NCBI RefSeq assembly: GCF_001194135.2
Contig: NC_068983.1
Span: forward strand, 32,086,669-32,122,021
From: Octopus bimaculoides
Taxonomy: Eukaryota
Direction: 5' to 3'
DNA length: 35,353 nt
Shown: positions 24,053 to 35,353 of the stretch, one piece after another
How positions within the stretch are numbered: the first letter of the stretch is position 1
Layout of the letters: each line of letters opens with the position of its first letter
Position numbers and translations under genes: made by a program
The notes under the pieces: generated by a model
The model's input: the letters and a program-made list of their open reading frames with translations, nothing else
The model's database searches: none
Told to the model about the DNA's origin: nothing

Positions 24053-25130
24053 CCTCATCATCATCATCGTTTAACATCCGTTTTCCATGCTGGCATGGGT
24101 TGGACGGCTTGACTGAGGTCTGGAGAGCCAGCAGCTGCACTAGGCTCCAATCTGATCTGGATGCCCTTCCTAACACCAACCACTCCGAGAGTGTAGCGGG
24201 TACTTTTTACATGCCACCGCCACTGGAGCCAGTCAGGTAGGCCTGGCATCAATCATGTTCGGATAGTGCTTTTTACATGTCACTGGAATGGGAGCCAGTC
24301 AGTGGGTACTGGCATCAGTCACATTCGGATGGTGCTTTTTATATGTCACCGGCATGGAAACCAATCAGGCGGTCTTGGCATCGATCATGTTCAGATAGTG
24401 CTTTTACATGCCACCAGCACAGGTGCCAGTCAGTGGGTACTGGCATTGGCCACATTTAGGATGGTGCTTGTTATGCGCCACCGGCACGGGAGCCAGTCAA
24501 GGGACACTAGCATTGACTATGTTCGGATGATGCATTTTACATGCCACCAGAACAGGAACCAGTCAGGGGGCACTGGCCACAGCTATGATTTTGGTTTTAC
24601 TTGACTCAACAGGTTTTCTCAAGCAAATCATATCACCCGATGCATCAAGGGTACTCTTAAATGGGCTGGACATGCTACACTGGCATCGGCAATGGCTGCG
24701 ATCTCACTTTAGTTTATGGGTCTTCTCAATCACAGCATATCTCCAAAGGTCTTGGTCTCCTGTCATTGCCTCTGTGAGGCCCAAAGTTCGAAGGTCATGC
24801 TTCACCACCTCATCCCATGTTTTCCTGGGGCTACCTCTTCCTCAGGTTCCTCCCACAGGGTGTGGCACTTCCTCACACAGCTGTCTTCATCCATACGTAA
24901 CACAACCATACCAGTACAGTTGTCTCTCTTGCACATCATATTTGATGTTTCTTATGTCCAACTTTTCTCTCAGAGCACTTACACTCTGTCGTGTATGCAC
25001 ACTGACATTACATATCCAGTAGATCATACTAACTTCATTTCTTTCAAGCCTATGCATGTTGTCAGCAGTCATGGCCCATGTTTCGCTGCCATGTAGCATG
25101 GCAGTTCGCACACATGCATCATCTCTTGAG
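24053..25130 (-). mobile_element. 5'-truncated, decayed RTE LINE, inverted relative to 22715-23690
   Basis: Reads RTAMLHGSETWAMTADNMHRLERNEVSMIYWICNV. The 3' UTR has six 65-67 bp unit anchors (ending 24210, 24276, 24342, 24407, 24474, 24540) and a (GAT)n tail at ~24053-24068. Confidence 0.88.
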
Positions 25131-26230
25131 AAACATTGTTAATATTGACATGGCTATCATTTGGCATTTCTACTTAATCCAATGTTCATTCATTCTGTAG
25201 ACTATTCTGACTTGATTTGCATTCAAGTTGTCAATGAGAATCTTATATGATAAGGATCTTTTGCACTTTCTTGAAGTATAAGTTTGGTTTCAAATATGGT
25301 CCACATGAATGTTCCACCCTTGTTAACAAACTAATCAAATTAAGATGTGGGTTGTATTTGCCTAGTTGTTGATAATACATTTAAGATAACTTGATCACCA
25401 ACTTATATATCTAAGTACATGGTCTACTAAACACCCACTAGTTCTTGTTATATTTTGCTTTTTTTTATTATTATTATTACTATCTGCTGTAGCTTTATTG
25501 TTATGGGGACTTTATGATGTGAGTGTTTGTCAAGCAACTTGTAATTTAAGGATCAAGTAGATGGTGTCATCTTTGTTCGTAAATAATAACAATCTAAAGA
25601 AAGTTAACAAATTTTTACCTTTTCCACTGTCTCCCTGAATGAACATAAATGTGGAAGTAGAAACAGCTGTACATGTGAAAGTCAGCTGCTTTTGTTGTGT
25701 ATCTCCAGTTCAGACTTGAACAAGCAGAAATATGATCTAAAACATTCTATCCATGACCATCCCATTCTATTTTACCTATGTGTAAAGAACCAGTGCCACA
25801 TTATCCATGTCATTTTTTAAAATGATAGTGTGTAACTTAAAGGAGACTGGGCTGTTATTTCAAGCAAATCAAATGACCACACAGAGGCTCCCTCATTGAC
25901 TTTAATTGTCTTTGTGGAAACAGTTGTGTCAGTTAATAAACAGTCATATTGTTGGAAAGTAGTCATAGTGGAAGTATAGCAGGCAAATGATACTACATGG
26001 GTTGTTGACCATCCCTACATCGATCTGCCAGTCTTGGAAGGCTTGCTAAGGTCATGTGTACAGTTCCTTGGTCCTGACTAAAACCATTAAACAAAAATTA
26101 CTATTTATATACAACCTTTGCACAGAAACAATATCAGCCAATGAGTGGAAACTAATTATTGCTAGAGTGGATACTACTTTTGTTACTGTATTTTTCATGT
26201 TAGCATGATTTGAATGCTCCAGTAACTTTT

Positions 26231-27558
26231 AGATATTTACAAATTCTTAAAGGACCACTTTCTTCTCTTCATATTGTTAACTACTCTCAACCATAAAGTA
26301 AAATGGGTATGAGGTAGCTGGGAGCAGGGAGGTGGGGGAACTACAGTTGAGGATAGTATCATTGTTGTTCCAGTTTACTCAGCCCTAATGAAAACCACCT
26401 GAGTGTTGATGCAGTCCTCTCCTGACTATCACATGCAGGATGTTCTACTAGGTCAAGAATGAGGGGCTAAGATGGTGTCTTATTTACTGACAACTACATA
26501 GACACCTAGTTAAAAAAACAAAAATAAAAAACAAACAGTTAGTGAGAGTTACATGCTACTAAGCCAGACGTAATAATCCAGTAAAGTACTTTGAAGTATC
26601 TCAAACTTTCACAATTGTGTAGAATGACAATGAATAAAGGACAAACCAAGGTATTTATAAGTAATGAAGGCATTAAAATGTCTGCGGGTGCTTTGTCTAT
26701 CATAAATTCAGCCTTCATTCATAAAACAATTTTTTTCCCAACAGTTTTGACATAAACAACAGGAGTTCATAAAATATTTTACAACTTTTGAATAGGACAC
26801 TCTAGTTTAATTGCTTGTTTGGCAGAGAGATGAGTGCAAGGAGGGGGGGGGGGCAACTACAGTTGAAGATGATGTTACATACATACAGCAGTATGTATAT
26901 ATGTATGTGTGCATGTGTATATGTATACACTACACATGCATACACACACACACATGCTATATAACAAAAACATTATTGACACAAGTATGCTTGAACTTGA
27001 CATAAACATCAGAAGATAAAGGACATTAAAATACTAAAGTGCAGTAAATGTTACAGTATGTGTGTGTAATATATATATATAGGCATAGGATTGGCTGTGT
27101 GGTAAGAAGCTTGCTTACAAACCACATGGTTCCGGGTTCAGTCCCACTGTGTGGCACCTTGGGCAAGTGTCTTCTACTATAGCCTCGGGCTGACCAAAGC
27201 CTTGTGAGTGGATTTGGTAGACGGAAACTGAAAGAAGTCCATCGTATATATGTATATATATGTATGTATGTGTGTGTGTATGTTTGTGTGTCTGTGTTTG
27301 TCCCCCCAACATCGCTTGACAACCGATGGTGGTGTGTTTAGGTCCCCATAACTTAGCGGTTCAGCAAAAGAGACTGATAGAATAAGTACTAGGCTTACAA
27401 AGAATAAGTCCTGGGGTCGATTTGCTCGACTAAAGGCGGTGCTCAACTGTAGTTGCCCCCTCCCTGCACCCAGCTACCTCATACATATTTTACTTTATGG
27501 TTAAGTAGTTAACAATATGAAGAGAAGAAAGATGTCCTTTAAGAATTTGTAAATATCT
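26231..27558. repeat. ~120-bp inverted repeat pair (26231-26351 and 27442-27558)
   Basis: Hand alignment gives roughly 90% identity, from AGATATTTACAAATTCTTAAAGGAC to AACTACAGTTGAG. Confidence 0.9.
27082..27443 (+). mobile_element. tRNA-derived SINE, 3'-truncated at the inverted-repeat arm
   Basis: Complete head and body, then breaks at TAAAGGCGGTGCT. It lacks the CCAGCATGGCC...GACTGAAAC tail present at ~15755-15790. Confidence 0.9.
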
Positions 27559-27934
27559 CCCATGCCTGTCACCCCCGTTACACTGTTTCCCCCTTTACAA
27601 ACACGTTTCTTTCTCTGGTCATATAAACCTGCTTTTGTTGGACATGGTTGTTGCTACTGTTTGGCTCCAGGTCAGCACTGATTGAGAAATAACCCTTTGA
27701 TTTAAAAGAAGTTCATCTGTGACCACCTTGTGTAGGAAATCTAGAACCACTTTATCCTATGTATTCTTTTATAAGATGGTAGGGTGTTATTTGAGGAAGA
27801 TTTGGTTGCTATTTTTACCTGTTTTCACTACCAGACAAACTTATTTTCATTTTATGATGATGCATTTTATGTCTGAGTCTATATGTTTTTATAAAACCAC
27901 TAACAGAAGTCCTTCATTTATGATGATGTTAATG

Positions 27935-27976
<42 letters not shown>

Positions 27977-29464
27977 ATGTTTATGTATATGCTTATGTAC
28001 ATGAACTATAAATATACTTAATCAATTCTGACAATTAGCTGTGTTTGTGTGTTCATATATGTATTTAAAGCCTCTTGTTTGTAAAGCCACTTGATTATGT
28101 AAGTGTTTATAAAAGGACTTATTGCTTTAAGAATAATGAAATGATTCAAATATAACTTGTCTCAGGAAAGTTCTTCATAAGGAAATTAAATCAGATATTT
28201 GTATAATGTAAGGGCCTTGAAGAAAGAATAAGGAGAGTTGTTGACATATGACAGGATAGAAAATAGGTATAATAGTGGGAGGATATATGATAAATGAATG
28301 GGGGAAGAACAAACAAGAATAGGAAAGGAATATGCAGAAAAATGGGGAGGAAACAAGCTCAATGAGAGGCAAACGGACAAGAAGGAAGGTCAGTTAGTTG
28401 GGTGGCTGCCTGATTAAAAGTTTAGTTATGATGCATGTAGCAGAGGTCACTTAAAGACCATTTGCTCAGAAGAGAAGGCAAGCAATGGCAGCACCTGAAG
28501 TGAATGCTCTACTACTACTGCTGTTTCCAAAGTACTGTGAAATTCAGCTCTAGAAAGGTCAGAGCAGAAACAAGTGAAACCACTTTGACTTTGGGGTTTC
28601 TAGTACTAGAGCCCAACAACTGAAAAGCCAAGAGAACTTCTTTAGAGTAAAACAGGTCAAAGATTTTGATTAATGGCACTGTTTTACTGTCTTGCAATGA
28701 TAACAGAGGGTGGAGATGGAAATTGGAGAAGAGTTGAAGACCACAAAAAAGAAAAAGGGAGCAGAAGAGAGGACTGGCCTCAAACATAAGGCAAATATAA
28801 CAAAGGAAGTCCTCACAAAGAGGTACTCACTGCCATAGAATACCTGAAATTTATTAAGCTATAAGAACAGGAACACTGACCTTTTTGATGTAATGTTAAC
28901 TCTAGAATGGAATTATATTCATATAAATTACATAGTAACAGGGAAGTAGATAGGGTACAAGTACCAGGTGCATCTAGATGACTGGAGTTTGAAGAAGATC
29001 ACTGTAGCAATTGATCAATAGAAGAAGGACTACATCCCTGCTAAAGCCAAAAAGGATCAGCAGTAACTTTGGAGAGCCTAGTTTAAAGAAGTGATCAGAA
29101 CATGGTACTTTCGTACTCTTGTATGGGTAGGCTTGTTGTCGTTGTCATCGTCGTCATCATCATTACCACTGTTTTGATGTCTATTTCTCCATATTTGCTT
29201 GGGTCAGATGGAATTTGCTGATGCAGATTTTGCTAAGGCCAGATGCCTTTCTTTTTGCCAATTATGACCTGTTTCTAAAAAAGGTGATATTTCCCCATGG
29301 CCAGTCATGTGACTCTGATTGTATGGCAATGACACTTGTTTGCATCTTGGTATGTCAAGACAGACACAAATTCACACACACAGATACATATATATATATA
29401 TATATGCATGTGTGTATGTGTGTGTATAAATGTGTGTGTGTGTGTGTGTGTACATACACATACA

Positions 29465-29520
29465 CAGGGCTGGATTAAGCCCCATGGAGGCCCTAAGCAC
29501 TTAAAAGATTTTGGTGCCGC
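29465..29520. mobile_element. Possible hAT-like MITE terminus
   Basis: CAGGGCTGGATTAAG...GGAGGCCCTAAG resembles CAGGGCCGG-type TIRs. No partner end was found. Confidence 0.35.
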
Positions 29521-29899
29521 CACATATATGTAATTCAAAATATAAGCAATAATTAACCATAAAATAAATATTTAGTTTTCAAAATGAAACCAAAGTAATT
29601 GTAAGATGAAAAATTACACTGGTCAACATAATTAAATGTATTATACTCATTATGAATGCAAACCAACTTTTTTAGACTAATTTTTTATGATTATTTCAAA
29701 ATTTCCCTCCATTTGTATGCAGCACTTCTTTGTTTTTCAGTAGATACATGCAAATATTTACATATTTGTGTATATGAAATCATTAACATAATAAATAAAG
29801 GACATATTATTTTTAGAAAGCAAATGAGTTTATTGATTTAAAAATCACCAGTATCATTCTACAGAGTGAATACACAAAAAATGGGTCAGACAAAACAAA

Positions 29900-31200
29900 G
29901 CTAGAACAACAGAGTTAAAAACATTGTGGTTTGGATTTCCTGTGGTGTTCCTGATCATGGTAAAGTGTCCAGCAGTTGTCAGCCAGCATACTGTCAATCC
30001 AGAAGCCTTGGTACCATTTCTCCATAACACTAATGTCCTGGTGAAATCTTTCACCACTGCTCCAAGGTTATCTGTGAAGAAATCCAGATGGCAGTCCAAG
30101 AAGTGAACTTTTAGTGAAATGCAACAACATTTCAGAAAATTCTTGATGTTCTCCTTGTAGTCCATTTCCTTGTTGTTGCCCAAGAAATTCTTACATATCC
30201 AATTGAAAGCACCCAGGCAGGCAGTTCCAGTTCATCCAGTATTGTCTTGAAGTTGACATCTTTGAGTACTTCTCTAATTTGGGGTCCGACAAAGATACCC
30301 TCTTTTACCTTCACCTGTGTGATTTTGGGAAACTTTCCTACAATATACCCAAACCCTCTGGCATTTCTCTTCCCTAGTGTCTTTACAAATTGTTTCATCA
30401 GTCCAAGCTTTATGTGCAAAGGAGGCAATAGGACATTACATGGATCTACAAGAGGTGTATTCTTGATGCTGGACAGTCCTGGCTGGTATGATGTTCTTGT
30501 CTGCCAGTTTGATTCCAAATCATGTCTGTCAGTTGCCCAACTATCCCATAGACATAAGAAACAACAGTATTTTGTGAAACCTGCCTGCATTCCCATTAAC
30601 ATTCCAATGACTTTTAAATCTCCACATATTTTCCATGAGTATCTTTCATAGTAAAAGTTCCATATTCTTATATGATTCATGAAGATGAACAGAGTGTGCG
30701 ATAGAAATGGAGGGCTTCAAATTACCATTATGGAAAAGATTTTGAAGAATCAATAAACAAACACCACTCTGCAGGATCATGATTTTATGATAAACATTCA
30801 AAAAGTCCATCGATGTTACTGCAAAGCAAAGCAGGCTTTCAACAGAAAAACACGTTTGTAGAACCATATTTCTCTGCCAAAAATATAAGTTATACGAATA
30901 CCATGCTCTAGCAGATACTTCTCCTTCAGTCTTGATACCAACAGTTCTGCTTTATCTTTTGAGAGGGACAGGTCTCTGACAAAGTTATTCAGTTCAGCTT
31001 CGGAAAATTTCTGAAGTTCAAAGCTATCGTCATCAGCCACGTAATCTTCCTCAGTAGCACTATCATGACAGTCATCATCATCATCTGATGTTTCAATGTC
31101 ATCATCTGGTAGAACTGGAACAGGCAGACTTCTATTGAGAGGCACAGTTCTCATTGCAGAATCCAAATTGGGATACACAATTTTGTGTTTATTCTTCATA
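29900..31200 (-). pseudogene. Fragmented Chapaev3-type transposase from a second, distinct family
   Basis: Collinear frames: KIVYPNLDSAMR, ELNNFVRDLSLSKDKAELL, WKICGDLKV...KYCCFLCLWDS, LLPPLHIKLGLMKQFVK, KEGIFVGPQIR, SLKVHFLDCHLDFF. These match the CMC C(2)C, LH and H-x-H motifs. Frameshifts and deletions are present and no TIRs were found. Confidence 0.82.
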
Positions 31201-31504
31201 TTGTTGTCACAGATATTAAATATTATTGAAGTGGTTAGCTGTTAACTGGAACTTAACTGAGAGCTAATACGGTATCCACCCAGATAATATATCCCTCCAA
31301 ACTCACTTATATATATGTATNNNNNNNNNNNNNNNNNNNNNNNNNNNNNNNNNNNNNNNNNNNNNNNNNNNNNNNNNNNNNNNNNNNNNNNNNNNNNNNN
31401 NNNNNNNNNNNNNNNNNNNNNNNNNNNNNNNNNNNNNNNNNNNNNNNNNNNNNNNNNNNNNNNNNNNNNNNNNNNNNNNNNNNNNNNNNNNNNNNNNNNN
31501 NNNN

Positions 31505-31549
<45 letters not shown>

Positions 31550-31830
31550 TACATTGTGCTTTTGGAATCAGTTTTGCTGAAATGGGTGGGTCTTCTTGAG
31601 AACTGTATATCACCAGTCCTTTGTATGACACAACTCCAGGAGCCTTACATCTCCATTTCTTAAACCATATCCATAGCCATTGCCACCCTGTATGTCATGA
31701 AAGTCATCATCATGTTGGTCAATGTGTTCATTGGAGTCTCTAGCCATAATAATGAATGTTAAGGTTGTCTTCAAAAAGTTCTCATAGAGGTGGTTCTTCA
31801 GTTCTATCAATCTTACCTTTAGTGTGTTTG
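31550..31830 (-). mobile_element. RTE apurinic-endonuclease domain remnant
   Basis: ARDSNEHIDQH...GGNGYGYGLRNGDVRLLELC (cf. GDFNGHIG...GGYG.G.RN..G..LL.FC). Confidence 0.7.
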
Positions 31831-33911
31831 TAGAGATAAATGCCACTGTTGAGTAATCTATAACTCATCTTATCTCATCACACACCCTGACTACCTTAAT
31901 TTCTTTTTACCTATCTATTTTTCAGCTGACAATATGCTTACCCTACTCCTGCAGTCACTATTACTCCACCAGAAGAATTTGTACAGATGATCCACTTAAG
32001 TAGGGAAATTAGGTAAAAGAGAAAAACTTATCAACTGACAAAAAAAGAAAAAAATTGACAAAAACATCCCAGTTTGAGAGAGACTTGTTAAAATTCTGTA
32101 ATTTTTGCAAACTTTCTCAGGCATTTGAGAATGACAAGAACAGTTTGAACAATCTCTCAATGAAACTTTTGAGACAGAGACTATAGACAACTGCCAAAAG
32201 TCCTTGGCATGGCAGTGCTTCATGGAAGTGCCATCAACCAAACCTGTCCTATTCAATGTTCATACATTACTGACTTGTGGACTTGTACTGACCAGCCACT
32301 GTCACATGTAGGAGAAATCTAGTTATCAGTTAAGCTATAGTGAACATTGACAAGCAATCTTTCTTTAACAAGGAAGGCAACTATTGCAAAGAATTTGTGT
32401 GGTAAATTCATCTGAAAGGTTTGAAGACAGGCATTTTCCTTTTTGGCTAAGATCTGATTGATTTCTTCAAGTATCACTTGAAGCGGAAGATGAGAGTAAA
32501 AAGTAGTGCTGCTTTGTAGTGTATTTAATGATAGGCTGGTGTGACAAGACTGAGGCTGAATGAGCTGAGTGTGTTTTTCTTAGTTGGAAGAAAGAAACTA
32601 AGAAGCAGATGCCTTGGATGTGACAGAGTAATCCAAGTTTTTGTATAGAGTATCCCTAAATATGCTTGGAGAACTTTCCTTGTAGTAAGTTTATATTCTT
32701 ACATTTTTTTTTTTTTTTGCTAGCTTCATTTTTACTTTATGTAAACCTCACATTTGTGTGTTTATATTTTGTCTCTGTATTATTCACTAATAATTTCCTT
32801 ACATAGCCCTTCTTTCAACATATACCTGTAGGGAGGGTGACAAAATGGGAAGAAGGTTGTTAACAATCCTGTATTTGTGGGGTTTCTAGAGTGGTTTTAG
32901 TTGTTATTTTCCCTTCATATTGAAAACCTTTTCTTGCTGACAATTTATAGTTGCTATTGATGATAATTTTCACTTCCTTCTTCATAGTCTGCTGTTCTTA
33001 TTTTCCTCTCAATGATGTGGGACATTGTGGCCAATTAAAGAAATTGCAATTGTTGTGTGTGTATGTGTTTATATGCTTAACCTACTAAGTGAGGTTATCT
33101 TGTTGACAATTTAATGTCTGATATTGTGTAAAATAAAGATGACACCACTCATCAACAAACATTCTAATACTACTGTAATTAGGCGGGATGATTATTTATC
33201 ACAATTGCTTCAGAAAAGATTCTAGAACAAGATGAATATTTGGTAACAGTTACTCCCTTCTTTTTGTTCAGCAGCTATAAACAAATATGGTAAGTGTTTC
33301 CTTTCTCTACCAATTAAATTTGTTCTACTTTTTGTTTTAATTTATATTGCTTCTTATATTTTAGTATTGTTAAATTGTTTCTTATTTTTTATTACTGTTA
33401 TATAGTTTTGTTTATATTTTACTTGAAGTTCAGACCTAATCATACAAGTTTCAATCTTGGAACTGGTACGGACCAGAGGAATCTGACTGTCAAATTAAAA
33501 CAAGTTCAAGTGAAGCTATGTTCTGTTGTCCCATTTGCAATTTATGTGGAGTTCATACTAAGAATTTGGACTCAGTAATATGAGCTTTCTGCAACAGACT
33601 GGTGTCCAATCCATGTGGGGAACCTATATGCCAATGAAACCAGGAAACCGGCTCTTACGAGCCAGGCATGGCTTGAGAAGGAACAAACAACAACAGCTAT
33701 TAACTTTATGTGTTTACTTAACATGCAACCAAATCTTTTTCCAATCGTACTTCTAAAAATGAAAAGGAAACATTATATTGGCTAACACAGTTTTAGATAT
33801 TGTCTAAAGAACTGTTTTCTTTGCATTGGAATATATGCCTTATAGTATTTGTTCATGCTCTTTATATTCTGAGTTTAAATCCTGCTAAGGAAAACTTAGT
33901 CTTTCTTCCTT

Positions 33912-34133
33912 TTGGAGTCAATAAAATAAAGTATGAGGTAGTATCAAAATGTTCCCAGACTAGTTTAATAAAAAATAATTTATTTACCTAAGTTTTAACA
34001 TCATCTCCTTTGAAATAGTCCCTTGGAGTCAATAAAATAAAGTATGAGGTGGTATCAAAATGTTCCCAGACTAATTTAATAAAAAATAGTTTATTTACCT
34101 AAGTTTTAACATCATCTCCTTTGAAATAGTCCC
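33912..34133 (+). repeat. 111-bp tandem duplication spanning a SINE/mariner junction
   Basis: Units 33912-34022 and 34023-34133 differ at only about 3 positions. Confidence 0.92.
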
Positions 34134-34450
34134 CTTGCGCAGCAATACACCGATCTCAGCTTTCTTACCACTTTTGGAATCCACTTTTTGGAAGCTGTTT
34201 TCTGTAAGCAAGTCAAGGACCCATATGACAATCAGCAATGTTGTTAATTGTCCTTTGATAATCCTCATGTACAAGCTAATGAATTTTCTCCACATTTCCG
34301 GGGGTGATATTTGTGGCAGGTCTTCCAGATCGCTCATTATCTTCCAAGGGCATTCTTCCATTTTTGAAGCACCTGTGTAACTTGAAACATCGTGCATAAC
34401 ACATTGCCTCATCACCGTGAGCTTGCCGAAGAATGCTCAATGTCTCTGTT
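33934..34450 (-). mobile_element. Mariner transposon 3' end (TIR duplicated at 33934 and 34045) with a transposase C-terminal remnant
   Basis: TA|TGAGGTAGTATCAAAATGTTCCCAGACT is TIR-like. The minus strand reads FQKW*ES*DRCIAAQGDYFKGD (cf. mariner W..RW..C....GDYFE). Confidence 0.75.
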
Positions 34451-35000
34451 GCAGACTTCCCAAATTTAATTGACTAACTCTCTTCCCTGAAATTTGTAGC
34501 TTTGTACTAAAATTTGAAGCAGTTATCACCACCACCACTATCACTACCACTACCACTCATAATTCATAAGAGTACACTAGAGCCAAAACATGTAAATACT
34601 AGTAATGATTTCACATAAATATATAATAATTGATCTCTACAACAATCTGCTGTTTAATCATAAATCTTAATGTATTTAGTCATAAATGTATAATTTGTAT
34701 ATTAATTCTTCACCTTTTATAACTCTCACCAATGTAGCAGCAATTGATCAGATCAGCCATTTGTATTTTTGTATCCTTCCATGTAATTTGGAATCAATAA
34801 TATTAAAAGCCCAAGTGGGAACCTCTACATGGTTGGTTGACTTGCCAGAAGTAGTCGCTAAACCATGTCCTACTATTCTAAAACAAAAGATATATTGTAT
34901 AATACAATTCAAAATACATTATGACCTAATATAACACAATGGGGATGGTCATGGTTGGAACATTTTTGACCATATATCTTCTCAATCAAGGATGAGCTAA

Positions 35001-35330
35001 TCTATATCTATAAAAATGAGAATGTGTGTCTGTCTGTCTGTCTGTCTGTCTGTGTGAATCCCTAAAACTCGAGAACTACGCAACCAATTTCATTCAAATT
35101 TTACTGATGCCTTACTTAGGGTTCCAGTTGTGTTTTAGTCCAAAAATTTTTTAACTTCTTGCAGAGTTCGAGCACACGGCAACATAATATCTCTTCCACT
35201 ATTTAAGTATTACGTGTCAAAAGTGAAACAAAAACACTCATGTCAAATACTTTCACTTTAAAATTGAAACTATTCCACTAACTGAAACAATCACATTTCG
35301 ATACTGTAATGACAGAAACTTTCACAGAGA
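35001..35330 (+). mobile_element. 5' part of a non-autonomous Helitron-like element
   Basis: A|TCTATATCTATAAAAATGAGAATG followed by (GTCT)n and ...AACTCGAGAACTACGCAACCAATTTCATTCAAATTTT, a layout typical of non-autonomous Helitrons. Confidence 0.6.
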
Positions 35331-35353
35331 GAGAAAGAGAGAAAGAGAGAGAC

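Noticed and set aside
25990-26090. Possible minus-strand exon (QDQGTVHMTLASLPRLADRCRDGQQP)
   Set aside because: The donor is weak and I recognise no homology. It could equally be a LINE remnant.
27082-27160. tRNA gene
   Set aside because: The A/B-box-like head continues into a SINE body and has no complete cloverleaf. The same applies to the other SINE heads.
28400-29100. Possible LINE ORF1 zinc-knuckle remnant (ACSRGHLKTIC)
   Set aside because: Only a partial CCHC-like match in heavily decayed sequence, too weak to call.

Overview
Eukaryotic (animal) genomic DNA. It is AT-rich, dense in (TA)n/(TG)n/(GAT)n microsatellites and has four assembly gaps (5369-5691, 10449-10458, 10998-11510, 31321-31504). 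The repeat families resemble those of octopus/coleoid cephalopods (inference from recalled repeat sequences; no search run). The only host gene I can support is the last two coding exons of an SLC35A-family nucleotide-sugar transporter resembling Drosophila senju (+, 399-538 and 2221-2928). The remaining ~32 kb is mostly transposon remnants: RTE LINE fragments and 3' tails, two tRNA-derived SINE families, two or three Penelope-like elements (PLEs), two Chapaev3-type DNA transposons, mariner/Tigger remnants and Helitron-like ends. Most listed ORFs are microsatellite, gap or antisense artefacts. The best hidden signal is a type I hammerhead ribozyme fold (-, 12486-12567). It has an unusually long helix II and a palindromic helix III, and lies just downstream of the GIY-YIG domain of a Hydra-clade-like PLE. 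I see no evidence of a wholly new multi-gene system.
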